From Octopus vulgaris (taxonomy: Eukaryota), in the NCBI GenBank assembly GCA_951406725.2, contig OX597814.1:120838001-120902000 (forward strand): a DNA stretch of 64,000 bases, given 5' to 3'. The position numbers and the translations under genes are program-made. The notes beneath the pieces are model-generated. The model saw only the letters and a program-made list of their open reading frames with translations. It did not search any database and was not told the DNA's origin. This document shows, piece after piece, positions 1 to 13,697 of the stretch (positions within the stretch are counted from its first letter, which is position 1; every line of letters begins with the position of its first letter).

Positions 1-34
1 GAGAGAGAGAGAGAGAGAAGACAGACAGAGACAG

Positions 35-87
<53 letters not shown>
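1..87. repeat. (GA)n/(GATA)n microsatellite
   Basis: Read directly from the sequence. Confidence 0.95.
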
Positions 88-3000
88 CACCTTGTATCTC
101 TAAGCAATCCAAAGGTTTTGAGCATAGAACTATATGTAGCTCGTATCTTAATACTCTATACATTAAATGATATTTATCTCCCTCACTTGAGGTTTTTATT
201 GATCATACCTTAACGAAACAATAAACTATATATAAATACAAAGGAGAAAGAGAGAGGGATTCACACATATGAATACGGATAAAAGTAGGCGTATATTAGA
301 TATGAATAATTGCAGACAGAAAGAATTATTATTTTCACAAGATTGATTCCTATGTTCACTTCAGACTATTTATTATTTAAAATGATATTAAAAATAAATT
401 GTGTGTCGAAAGTGAATTGTGCTCATATTCGCCGAATGCGCATAAAATATTAAATTGATTGTATGTCCCAGATAATATTTCTGTCGAATGTAATGTTCAT
501 TTAATATCCGTTATTTAAATATTTTCTGTTACATAGAATCATCTTATATTTGATTTGCTTCAAAGATAATGTTCTAATGAGAATATAATGTAATTCTTGT
601 GACAATGTAAAAGAAAAGGAGATGTCACATATTCCACCAATTAAGTAGCGCTACTAAGGAAGTCGAACAGAATAATTGTCATCTCAAGACTGCTTTGAAA
701 ACAGCATAGAATACCATGTGTGTCCTTTTTTTTTGTTATTACTATCGATTCTCACTTAGTACTATCGAAATCTATTTTGAATTAAATCAACTAATCAGCC
801 GTGTTTGACAACAAAATTGTGACTCGACTATTAAAGCTGGAATTTCAATAAATGTCAGCAGTATAAAAACAAAAGGGCTGTTCTCTTTATTTATTTATTT
901 ATTTATTTACTTTTTGTCTGATCAGAATTGCCTGAACGGATCTGTGATCAAAGCTATTCCAGCCATGACAGTCCTGTCTGTTTCCGTGTAAATTGAATTT
1001 AGGAGCACATTATCTAACGTTCTCATTTCTTTTAATGGCGACATGGTTTTTATTTGAGAGAGACGAGTTTTCTATTTTTAACATTGAATCTTGGTAGAAT
1101 AATGTTTGCGGCTAAGGTGACTATTTCAAACATGTGTCTTACAATCAAGTGTTGTACGAAAAATACTAATAAATTATTCATGAAGGAAACACTTTGACAT
1201 GTAACACTACATAGCCTAGACATTTACAATTTTAGACACATTATCTTATGTAAATTTCAATATATTTCTAAAAACGCAACATAATGTAAAGACACTGGAT
1301 ATTATTTGAAGAATAGCATTAGGCAATTCGAACACAAAATATATTCTAAATATCTTTTCAGATATCTGTTTTATTATTCTTGAAAATGTAGTGTAATTAA
1401 AATATTAAACAAATTCTACCTGAGGGTCCTCAGCTACATTCAGTTTTGAAGTAAGGTTATTAAAAAGTAAATTATGTAATAAAAACAATTTTCTCATACT
1501 CAGTAATAAAATTATAAGGAATTTGGCCAAAATTGTAATGAACATAAACAATGGAATTTTGAATGTTCGCCTCTATATCTATGCCTTTACTGTGTGTTAA
1601 ATTAGACGTGTGCCAATTTCCGTGTAATATAACTGAATAAAAATATCATGCACCAAAAATTAAAGATAGCTATAGTAATCGTATAATCCTATATATTTTG
1701 TATAATTCTGCAATATTATTTCTTTTCACATCAAGTGACTATTACGTACGACTAAAATTCTACATTGTTTAGGAGACGAAAACAATTATTTGTAAATTGC
1801 AAAAGCCCTAATATCGAAACACGTTTACGGCAAACGCCAGCGATTGTTCCATATTTTCATCTATGCATGAATCGTAGATGAATGCAATCCCTAAAACGTT
1901 CCCGGTTTTAGTGGTTTAGATACTATAAAATTTTGCTCTTATTTTCACGAGACATTCTAATGTTATCTACATCGTTTCTCACGGAAATCATATAAATTAC
2001 TAAAATACAGGGTATAATAAGAGCAACAGGAAGTAATTTGTAGAGATACTATATAGTAATTATACAAGTATATAAACAGCATGTTAAGTAGCTAAATTTC
2101 AGGTTTTATATAATGATAATATATGGGTGATAGATGTATTGTATTATTGCCAAATATTTTAACAGTCTGTACGTTAGTACTTTGAACTATCTAAAATGTT
2201 TCTAATTTATAGATTCTCGGTATATTTGCATGGTTAAACTTGTCTATGTATGGATTAATCTACTTGCGCCTGTATTAACACAGCATTTCCCAATATTTGT
2301 TGTATTATTTAAATACACATTCACAACCATAAACTCGTCTGAAGTTGAAGTAATTATCATCTATTTGTAATATTATTGATTGATATTTATTTCCATATGT
2401 AAAAGTACATTATAAACACTTCATGACTATATATATCGAAAGTACGAGAATACATTATTATCTATTATTATCTTAATTACCAAAATAAAATAAAAAAATT
2501 AAAAAAGTGAATTTGTTGTCAACATTATAATATTTATTTGTCTAATAGATATATTATACACTTTGAAAACTTAAAATATATATTTATGTGCATTGATTAT
2601 AATCTTAATGTTCTTAAATGTTTCGTGTTTGAAGAAGTCATTGAAAATAAATGCAGATATATATTTAAAATAATTCATTTTTGAAATGAAACAAGTGAAT
2701 AGCTACTTGTACTTTAAGGAGGCCGAATAGATACGTTAGTGGAAAACAAATTCTTATTATATTACTGTACGAAGATATATGGGACTGTGTACGACAGAAA
2801 TGGTGTCTGCAATTACAAGGATGTGCAGAATGTCCCTTGCAATATTAGTTTTATGATCATTTGCTAACTAAGTTTAACCAATCCGACGTCAGGTTTCTCA
2901 TTCACATTGGTGAAGTATTTGTTTGGAGTCTTTCGAATGCACTCACCTCTCAAATTTCATCTGTACGTATAGTAGAAATAAAAATGTTACAAGATATTAG

Positions 3001-3631
3001 GGAGACTGTATCAAAATATCAGCGGGGATCTGATGTACTCTTTGTAAATAATAATCTCCTTAATCCCTTGTTGCAATCAATCGACAAATTGTCTGCGAGT
3101 GTATGGAACAGAGAATTTATCCGATGAGCTCAGAATTCATTTAAGATCGCAAGGTGTGATTTGAAGGTAATTTGGCAGTTAGTTTAGTAAGATTTACGGA
3201 GATGCAATCATTGGTTCGATATCATATACTAAGCATACTCAGTGGTCTAAATTTTTATATACTTCTAGGATTAATAGGTTAATTGTAGTAGCATGGTATA
3301 ATGTAGAATATTGAATATTCTAAGTGCTCAGTAATGTATGTGTATTGCTTCCTAGTTATTTTCTGTTACACTAAAGTCGAATCACGTCGACATGTTCATT
3401 TCAAATTTGCTTTTAGCTAAAAACAATAAAAAAACAGAAAAAGAAACTCCATGTTATTAATAGAGCAATAAGATACTTTATGAGGACAAAATGTGCTTGC
3501 ATATCTTTAAAACTCATAGATTCTTACATTTATAACACTTATCTACACTGCGGATGAAGAAGCCGAATTCTACTGGAATTCTCAACACTTACGTTTAACG
3601 GATTTCTGCCGCGACTCTTATTTCTTGCCGA

Positions 3632-3977
3632 TGTGGATGTGTGGTAAATAGCTTGCTTACCAACCACATGGTTCCGGGTTCAGTCCCACTGCGTGGCACC
3701 TTGGGCAAGTGTCTTCTAGTATAGCCTCAGGCTAACCAAAGCCTTGTGAGTGGATGTGGTAGACGGAAACTGAAAGAAGCCCGTCGTATATATGTATGTG
3801 TGTGTGTTTGTGTGTCTGTGTTTGTCCCCCAACTTTTTTACGTCCCGTAACGTAGTGGTTCGGCGAAAGAGAGCGATAGAATAAGTACTAGACTTACAAA
3901 GAATAATCCTGGGGTCGATTTGCTCGACTAAAGGCGGTGCTCCAGTCAAATAACTGAAACAAGTAAAAGAGTAAAAA
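3632..3977 (+). mobile_element. tRNA-derived SINE, family A
   Basis: A box-like TGTGTGGTAA, B box-like GGTTCAGTCC, internal (TA/TG)n, tail ...GACTAAAGGCGGTGCTCCAG...GTAAAAGAGT; many homologous copies in the window. Confidence 0.85.
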
Positions 3978-5181
3978 CAGGAAAGAGACACACAAAGCAC
4001 GCTTCTTTTTTCTAAAACATTAAACGCTTCCAGACCGTAGCTGACTCTGAACCCAGAGGATCATTCAGCAGCTGTTGGATCATGTCTGTGCAACAGGTAT
4101 CATCGTACTATTTAACTTCCTAATCCTCGAATAGTATGGTGTTTTAAGAGAGCAGATTGGTCGGAACTCTGCTAGTTATCGACCGTATGTAACTGCATAT
4201 CGCATACGTTTTTCTGACCCATGAGAATCATCTAGGCGTATGACTGAAGCTATCGATTTGGTTATGCCACTTCATATCTCGCTCACAATAAAACATTGTT
4301 TCCATGATTTTCTGAAGTGATGCCCTTACAGCTAAATGAAAGCATTTTAGGCAAGAAGCAAGTTATATAACACATAAAACATTTCAGTAAGTTCACACAA
4401 TTAGGAAACATTTGTTTACTAACTAACGCAACTTTAGTTTGATGGAATTCGATCCCAGAAACAAGTCTTAGTACAATGTACATTATTTAGTATAAAGTAC
4501 AGGCGATATTGCTTTCTCTTGTTGAAAAAATTGCAATTAACTTTCTAATATTCTCCTTCACAACAGATCCTTAATCGCAGGCATGAATGCACCGTCATAC
4601 ACACAAATACATAAGCGTATACATAAACATCCGTACATACATATGTGCGTGAGATGGAAATTTTAACTACATTATATTAAGTAATAGCAAACAAGTAAAT
4701 TCTATATTTTAACATGTCATTGTATACAACAGTTTCATAATCTCTCATCGGATTAATAAATCTAAAAGCATATTCCCAGTTTTTGCTTAATTTCCTAATG
4801 AGCATGAATTTAAATTCAGCATAAAACTATAAGCATTTTAAATGCTATTAGCTGTAGCATATAACATGAATATAAATGCAGGTGTTCGAAATATAACGAA
4901 GAAACAATCGTTTATGAAATACCTTGTCATAATCGCTAATGCATATGGTACACAAGAAACTTTTCGAGTGAAAATAATGCACCAGAATAATTTTTTTCCC
5001 AACTTGATATTTTCATCATGCAAACATATATATTTTTGAATAGTGATTATTATATGTATTTTATAATATTTCAGCAAAAAAAGGAAATATGAATCCCTGA
5101 AACATGTGAATTTCAAATAATTTTCGTCGAAAAGAAATGATTCAAAACTACAGATTTAACTCAGGATAGAACACATCATAA

Positions 5182-5183
<2 letters not shown>

Positions 5184-5246
<63 letters not shown>

Positions 5247-5264
5247 CATACATACATACATACA

Positions 5265-5297
<33 letters not shown>

Positions 5298-5507
5298 CAA
5301 TTAATAGTGATACCAGTTTGCTATGTTTGACCAAAAGAGAAAATTATAATTGTCACTAAATGTGACCAGGGTCTTACAAACAACTACATTGCTAGAAATA
5401 AGAGCTAAAATATTCTAATGCTGTGGGCAAACCGCATAATTGTATACATATATACTGACAGGGACTGTAATTGTCCGAAAAAATATAATTACAGATATAT
5501 GTGTGTG

Positions 5508-5602
<95 letters not shown>

Positions 5603-5605
5603 ATG

Positions 5606-5636
<31 letters not shown>

Positions 5637-5745
5637 GTATATATATAGATATATGTATATATATGAATGCTCTTTTGCGTGCGTGCACGAGTATGCATGT
5701 GTATGTGGTTTGCGTGTGCATGTCTGTGTATGATATATGTGTGTG
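5184..5745. repeat. (TA)n, (CATA)n and (TG)n microsatellite cluster
   Basis: Read directly; explains the YI/HT/CV ORFs. Confidence 0.9.
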
Positions 5746-6497
5746 CTTAGATGATTTCATGTAAGTCTACGTATGTATTTTGGGGGTTTTGTATATCTAA
5801 ACGAAGGTTACTAAACCTACATTAGGGGATTTCTGACTTCTCTCAGTAGAATAACAATGTATTACGTTCTTTTTGTATTTCCCAGGAAAATGTCGACAAT
5901 TCTGTGAACTCTCAATATTTCTTTACGAAACTAATGAACACACAAACGTATATACAAGCATAAAGATACACTGTCAAAGAAAACTGTCCCCCTCCTACCC
6001 ATTCACTCCTATCTCTCTCTCGTTCTTTCTCGTTCTGCCTCTTGTTCTCTCTCCCTCAATCTGCCAATAATGTAACGCCGTATAAATTTATTCACATATA
6101 TAAATATGCATAAAAATATTACTCACATATGTGTGTGTGTTTATTTTTTTTATATATCTCAATTCACAACTGGAATATTTTTGACTTCTGTTCCGCTCTG
6201 ACATGAACTTGTCTTGACAACTATAGAAAAGCTGAAATAATTGGCCATACTTCAATCACAGCTGCTGAAAATCTGTACTTCTTGAAGTAGGTATATTTAT
6301 ACCCTGATTGGAAATACATATGGATTAAACATATATATTTTTCTTCCATACATTCCTTTACATAATTGTGATCCGCTAAAGCTTATTTATTTAACCATGA
6401 TATATATATGTGTGTGTGTGTGTGTATCTGTGTGTGTGTTTATGTGTGTGACTGTCTGTGTGTATGTGTAAGTGTGTGTGTGTGTGTGTGTACTAAT

Positions 6498-6710
6498 AAT
6501 GGCTTCAGTTTTGGCACAAGTCCAGTAAGTTCAGAAGTGAAAATCGATTACATAACCCCAAGTGCTTAACTGGAATTTATTTTATTTTATTGGTCGTGAC
6601 AGGGGTAAAATCCAAGTCGACCATGGCAGCATATAAACCCAAAACTTAAAGGAGAGGAGGACGAAAGGCAACGAAGCATTTTGTTCGGTTTCTGAGCGAT
6701 TCTGATCCTG
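6498..6710 (-). mobile_element. Degraded SINE, family B
   Basis: Similar to the 48290-49110 copies (ttttggcacaag...gtcgac...aagcatttt). Confidence 0.6.
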
Positions 6711-6774
6711 CACAAACCCTTTTTTTTATAATGGTTAAGCGTTCATTTTCTCCATCAATCAATTTTGTTTTAAA

Positions 6775-6915
6775 AGATGGACAGTGTAGCACCCGTTAGA
6801 GCAATATGAGATGCAATCTTTTGCTCAAGAACACAAAACTCCACCCAGTCCAGGATTTAAAATCACGATATCGCGATCGTGATTGCGTATCACTAACTCC
6901 TAGGCTATGTGTCCT
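6775..6915 (-). mobile_element. Degraded tRNA/CORE-like SINE fragment, family D
   Basis: Reverse complement gives GCCTAGGAGTTAG...GTGTTCTTGAGCAA, resembling 43790-44093. Confidence 0.5.
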
Positions 6916-6920
6916 GATAC

Positions 6921-7034
<114 letters not shown>

Positions 7035-7519
7035 ATATATATATATATATATATAGCTAAGAAGAGTTAGCGATTGGAATAACCATCTAAGGGATATGAA
7101 TATCTGTTCTTAGTACTGGTATCATTTACTTATGTTTCCTTTTGGGATGGGGATGCAAGCATATTATGATCATAGGGCACAGGTAATATCTGAATAGACG
7201 CAAGTTTATCCACAATCAAATTTAAATGAGCAAGAAATGGAGAAAACATTTGATCAACAGACAAACAAATTGACCAACATCCGAAAATTTATTTTTACTA
7301 CAAAGCATAACATTACATAACATTTCTTATGTCCGTTGCGGCTGCCGATGTCAATCGGAGCTTACAAATGAAATATCGAAAATAATATTCGCCATCTCTA
7401 GGGCACATTCGACCTAGTACAAGGAGATCCATCAGAGTGAATGCAAATGAATAAATAAATAAATAAATAAATAAATAAATCAGACTTGCAGATTAATAAT
7501 AATAATAATAATGATGATA

Positions 7520-7850
7520 ATGATGATGACTAGGAGAAATATGTTTGCGGGTTATTAACACCACGCCCTGGAGGAATGGATAAGATGACAGGAAAATATC
7601 ATCTTTTTTCTCTTTTGTTTCCTTTTTTTCTGTCGTCATATATTTTCTGCTATTTTCTGTTTTTTTTTTTTTCTTTTCGCCTGTTATAAAATTGTAACTT
7701 AAAAACTGATGATTGTCATTTCATCAACAGGTGGACGCTGGTTGCTCTCGTTCATACTTTACGTTGGAATTTTTGTAATTTTGAATTTTTATCACTTCAT
7801 ATTTTGAACTTGACAAAGACAGAGGTACAGTTGAAATATCGTTCAACTAA
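7520..7850 (+). mobile_element. Degraded Penelope-like 3' end with decayed hammerhead motif
   Basis: LTPRPGGMDK resembles the PLE C-terminal LxTxxPxGMN; followed by ttgaac-ttgacaa-agac..gtt-GAAA-tatc-gttcaa. Confidence 0.4.
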
Positions 7851-7928
7851 CAAAATATCTTACAATCGAATCGTTCTCTTCGTTTTGACTGTTTAGCTTT
7901 GTGAAGAGTTACGCCAAACCTTTTTAAA

Positions 7929-7931
<3 letters not shown>

Positions 7932-8018
<87 letters not shown>
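7932..8018. repeat. (TAA)n microsatellite
   Basis: Read directly. Confidence 0.95.
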
Positions 8019-8019
8019 G

Positions 8020-8873
8020 TTCCCCTGATGCAGTACCAGGCAGTGGCTCATTGCCTTGATGCAGTACCAGGCAGTGGCTCTCGTGGCTTCTGATCCTAAC
8101 TGATTGGAACTGTTATCATGTACATTGTTTGTCGTGGTATGAAAGATGGGCTACAGCAAATATTCTGCTCAATACCACAAATTTGCTTATCAGTTGTTTG
8201 ACCTTAACCAGTTCAGCATGACCCTTAGTGGCTGACGATATGTGTATCTCTGATCACGAGCAGAAGTAGTAGAGGAGCATCATAGCCGTGTGTTGAGATG
8301 GATTCTTAGCGGTTTGGATAATTTACCTTTGGAAACAAGGGTGGTTCGTTCAACATCCTTAAACAATCCTTATTTAGGATCGGGATGGGCTACTCGACCA
8401 GAAGAAAATTCTAGCTGGGATCCACCTGCCAGGTCATGCGCTGTTTATCTTGATATGAGATCACCACGACGCGCACATATGGTTGTGATGCATGTGTTTG
8501 GTGTAACCTTCTCAGATGGGTAGTAATTATGGGTATACTGGGCTTCGTATATTTTACCCTTGTGTGACTTTAATGGCATGCACTGCTCTCTCACTCAATA
8601 ATTATAATTATAATTATAATTATAATTATAATTGTGTCAGCATTATAAAATCAAAACTGCTTATGAATGGTACAAGTACGAGCACAAATAGTGGAGGAGT
8701 AGCTATGTTTATCTTGATATAAGATCACCATGTCGCGCACATATGCTTGTGATGCAGGTGCCTGATGTACCCTTATCACATGGTTAGTCCTGATGAGTAT
8801 ATTGGTATATGTGGCTTCGTATAATTGTACTCAAGTTTCATTTTGATGGCAAGCACTACTCTCTCACTCAATA
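8020..8873 (+). mobile_element. Interspersed repeat between (TAA)n tracts with a tandemly duplicated 3' end
   Basis: 8443-8600 and 8705-8873 are homologous and both end ctctctcactcaataat; 26-nt duplication at the 5' end. Confidence 0.6.
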
Positions 8874-8884
8874 ATGTTAATAAT

Positions 8885-8917
8885 AAATTATAATGATGAT
8901 AATAATAATAATAATAA

Positions 8918-8968
<51 letters not shown>

Positions 8969-9020
8969 CAGCAGCAGTAGTAGTAATAGTAAAAACAACA
9001 ACATCAACAACAACAACAAC

Positions 9021-9080
<60 letters not shown>
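8885..9080. repeat. Compound (AAT)/(AGT)/(AAC) trinucleotide repeat
   Basis: Read directly. Confidence 0.95.
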
Positions 9081-10999
9081 TTGATAGTGTGTGGACTACG
9101 GATAATTGCTTCAAGTTTTCTGATTGCTTGTTGAAATCCCCTTTTGCACAAACTACGCGTATTTATATCTGCGAATCATGGAATGGTTTTACGAAACCTG
9201 ATATTTCAGATTACACAATTCCATGAACAGGCTCCCGATTGAAGTTCTTCTCAATGTCCTCTAACAAAAGGTAACTGCTATATATGGAATGAAGGTAAAC
9301 ACTTTCAAAAATACGAGCTGAAGTGTTGATCTCGATCCCACATCAAATACTGATTGCATAATATGGAGGTGCCCCAAAGTGTCCACAGGCGAGGAGCAGA
9401 AACTGCCAAAACATGTGAGTATAAATACATATACAGGAATGGAATATTTTTTGTGTATTTGCTTGTGTGCATCTGTGTGTCTGCGTGCGTGCGTGTGTCT
9501 GTGTGTGTGTGTATGTCGGTCTGGGTGTGTGTCTGTCTCTGTCTGACTGTCTGAGTGTGTTTGTGCGCGCGTTTGTGCGCTAGTGTGTGCAGATGCAATT
9601 TGTTGTGATATGTGTTTCCATTTGTCCATAACTGTGTCTGTATGTAACGGATGGCTCTATTTCAAGTATAAATGAGTACACTTATGATTTAGTGTGGAGA
9701 TAAAATATCAAAAGTTATATGATATATTTTTGCTGTCAATCTGAATTAAATCTTCTCAAACGGTGATATAAAAACATTTTTGTTTCTAGCATTTGGAAGC
9801 AAATCTCATATAAAATAAGAAATGGATCATGTCTATTTACATGAATTTTTACGACTAGTATATTAAAATATGTTTCGATAAATTATGAATGTAGAGGGAT
9901 GTTTGAAAACCATTGATGTATTGAATTAATCCGATGTGACATATATTTAAAACTTATCAATTGACCGTTAGGAAAAAAAAACAGACAAGAGAGGACTTAC
10001 ATGATACAGAACTGTAGCTGTATTTTACTGTTGATACGGAATATCGAAGATGACTCGATCGTATTTAGTTCGTTACTGGAGAAACTAAATAAGTTTTAGA
10101 ATGGTTTTAATTTAGAAAATAAAAAATATATAGCAAAGATTAAGAATATATTTAAATAGAAATATGTAAATGAATCAATGGTAGAGAGACAAGAGTTCAA
10201 CAGTTGAACATAATAAGGAAATTAGAATTGGATTCTGAGAATGAATTAGGGAAGCTATCTGTTAATTTTACTGCAAATTTATGATTGAATGACCAAGAAT
10301 GAGAAACAAAAAACGTTGATTACTGACTTGCATAGAAAATGTATTAGAGTTCTTGAAAGGAAAACAAACATTGTTGAGACTCTGCTATAAATTATTGAAA
10401 GATTAGAAGATTATGGAACCGTACACAATAAAATGATAACTAGAGCGAAGGGAGCGAAGTGGTGTTAGAAGGTCGCGAAACTAAGTGGTTATCAGAAATG
10501 GGCCAGTGTTCTTAATGGAAGGAGTATACGTTACACTGTTAATGGATTGCCAGAATTGAATAAATATGTAATTAAATAAATATATAAATAAATACATAAA
10601 TAAATAAATAAATGGAATAAATCTGAGAAGTTAAATGTAGAAATCCACATAAATATCTTTTGTGTATTTATTTTGCAATCCTGAAATGGGAAATGGAATA
10701 CAATCAATACAATAAATTGAATTTAAATATTAATGCATGAGGAGGAATTGAAGGAGCCTTAATTTATTAGATTAAGCTAATGTGAAATCAAGATTAGGAA
10801 CTGACTAAATAAGGAAAAAGATTATCTTCTAGAAGCTAAAGAGAAGAAGCTATTATGTAGCACTAATAAGAATTTTGAAGAACACAAAATAGAAACAGCA
10901 AACGGAAAATAAGTATAAGTATGAAAGATAGCAAACGTTAGAGAGAAAATATGTTGTATCATTTTGATGTCATACTGTACAGACAACAGAATATATAAA

Positions 11000-11950
11000 A
11001 GGGGTTTATCTCATATAAATATGGAAGAATTGTCAGTACATAACATATGTTCAGATATTTAATGTGGACAGATAAGCGCCATGAATGATTGCTACTCTCA
11101 TGACTGTGTTGTATCACCTTGAAATCACCACAGGGACCCTACTTACAAATATATTATTATACAACACTTTACCGAGATAACATTTTTTGGAAATCTATTC
11201 TATGTGTAAGTGTGTACATCAGATACGGAAAAGTAAATGCAACATTATAAGGACAACAAAAACATTGCATTTTTGTGGGTGGATGTAATGCCCGGTTGTA
11301 AAAAAATGAAACAGAGAAATCAGCTGAACTCTATCGTTGGCCCCATGATACCGTACGTGGCTGACAACGGATCCAGATTCTTGATTTTCTCTATATATTT
11401 TCATTTCCTCGTAAATGTCCATTGATCATAATATTACGCATAAAAATGGTGGACATCTCTGTAGTATATCTCTAAAAACGATGGTTATGTCATGTCTCTT
11501 AGAAGAGGAATCATTCGTATGTTCACAAAAGACATTAGTTCAGTTGTGTACGTGGTGAAGACAGTTATCAAGATAAAACTTTAAAATGTGAAATAAGGCA
11601 AAACCTATTTGACACTAGCAATGTTAACGAAAACTGCATTAGAGAATTGTTTCAGACGTAAAGAACCGATATTCTGCCATGTATCCAGAAACATATCAAT
11701 CAATACGCGAGTGAATTCAAAGACACAGAGATTAAGACAGCCGGAAACAATACAAAAGATGTAGTGAACAGTGGTTATGCCCAACACAGAAGCTATAATA
11801 GATAAATGATGGGAACAGAATGTTAAGTGAGATAATACACATGACGTTAAAGAGATACATAAACTGGATTGACGGACAATAAAATAAATACTGGATGTGA
11901 GGGTCTAGGAAAGATTTCGGAAACCATCTACAGAGTATTCAAATAATACT
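11000..11950 (+). mobile_element. Highly degraded LINE (RTE-like) fragments
   Basis: Remnant APE-like peptides VGGCNAR (GDFNAR-like) and DNGSRFL. Confidence 0.35.
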
Positions 11951-13293
11951 TAGCAGTAGAAGAATGCCAGTAAAAGATAAGTATTACAAATGTTCAAAGG
12001 TATATATGGGCGGAAACAAAAATGGTTGAAACTTTTCATTTAAGTAACAAATTATAGAAACCGATGAGTGATTTACGAGAGACAAATTTTTGCGTAGTCG
12101 TGAGGTTGATGTTGAAAAACTTTTAGACATTCGGAAATGGGAAAGTAACATTACAATTTTAGCTTATATATATCTAAGTACGAATCATGTTAGACTCGTT
12201 TGAGAAGTATTTAAATGATTAATGTAAGTATAATCAAAGACAAGGTGAAACACAAGCCATATTGTGGTAAACATTTACCTTAAAAAGTATTCTTTAACGT
12301 TGAGCTACAAAACCTTCATGGTGTTCCTATGTCGAACTTCGTTGGGTTTAGTTTTTATTGAATTTCTGGGAGTGTAATTAAGTGTCTGTTCTGCTCTCTA
12401 TTTTCACGTTGACTGGAGAAAAGATATTAGATTATGCTCTCGATATTTACATATACCTTGCCCCTGTAGTCGTCTATCGCTCAGAGTATATCATTATTAT
12501 TTTTGCTCTGTATTCGTGATGCCGTTAGAAGTAAATCTTTGGTATGGTGGAGGAATATTTTCGTACAGAGATCTTTTTACGATCGTGCTAAAATTAAATC
12601 AATTTTATTCCATTGTTTTTCTTTTCCAAATAAGGAGAAAGTATCGTCTATCAAATCAAAATCAGTATAACTAGGAGCTGGACATTTGTCTTAAGACATA
12701 ATTTTAAATTTTTGTTCAAAATTTTAATCGCATTTTCTGGAACAAACCCTCTGCATGATGTGTTTCATTCATGCTTTTTGATATGGAAGTTTCGATGTTT
12801 TGTAGAAGAACGTACTATTTTCTGTACCTGCATGTCGTGCAAATAGTTGGAAAAATAATGACCTTGAAGAAATATCTGAAATCTTATCTGAGTGACTTAT
12901 CTGGTGTTAAATAGCTATTGATACGTAGTTCATTTTATTCTAATATTTCTGACGGCGTTTTGCAAATAATTGACAAGAACGTATCATGAATAAACACGAG
13001 GAAAATACATTTTTTAACAAACAGTAGGGATGTCAATTTTCATAAATTGTTAACGAAATCATTTTCCCTATAGTAAAAAACATCATGTTTTTTTCCCCCT
13101 AAATGTTTTTATCCATAAATAATTAAACTGTCTAGAAATTATTGTGACCTGTCATAATCTATTTCAGTTCCCCTGAATAAAGTACACTACTTAATACACA
13201 TACTGCAACAGTCTACCTTGGTAGCTTTGATCTAGCTTTGATATTAACTTTTAACCCTTGTATTTCTACGAACATTCTACTCCCAAATATTCC

Positions 13294-13697
13294 TTTCTAT
13301 TCTAGGCACAAACCCCGAATTTTTTGTGTGGTGGGGGGTGCAGTCCATTAGATCGACACCAATGCGCAACTGTTACTTGATTCATCGACCCCGAAAAGAT
13401 GAAAGGCAACGTCGACCTCGGCGGAATTTGAACTCAGAAGGTAAAGACAGACGAAATACCGCTAAGAATCTCGCCCGGCGTCTAACATTTCTGCCAGCTC
13501 GCTGCATTCTACCCCAAAATATTCTTTTTTACTCTAGGCATAAAGCCCGAAATTAGATCGACTCCAGTACACAACTGGTACCTATTCCTCGACCCCGAAA
13601 GGATGAAAAACAAAGTCGACCTCGGTAGAATTTGATCTCAGAGCACAAAGACAGACGATTTCGCCCGGTGAGCTAGCGTTCTGCCAGCTCGCCGCCA
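13294..13697 (-). mobile_element. Tandem SINE family B copies
   Basis: GACCCCGAAAGGATGAAA...GTCGACCTCGGCGGAATTTGAACTCAG core present twice; reverse B box GAGTTCAAATTCC. Confidence 0.85.

Noticed and set aside
9210-9415. Plus-strand exon-like pieces, one with an F-box-like MNRLPIEVLLNVL
   Set aside because: Immediately followed by a stop; too short to support
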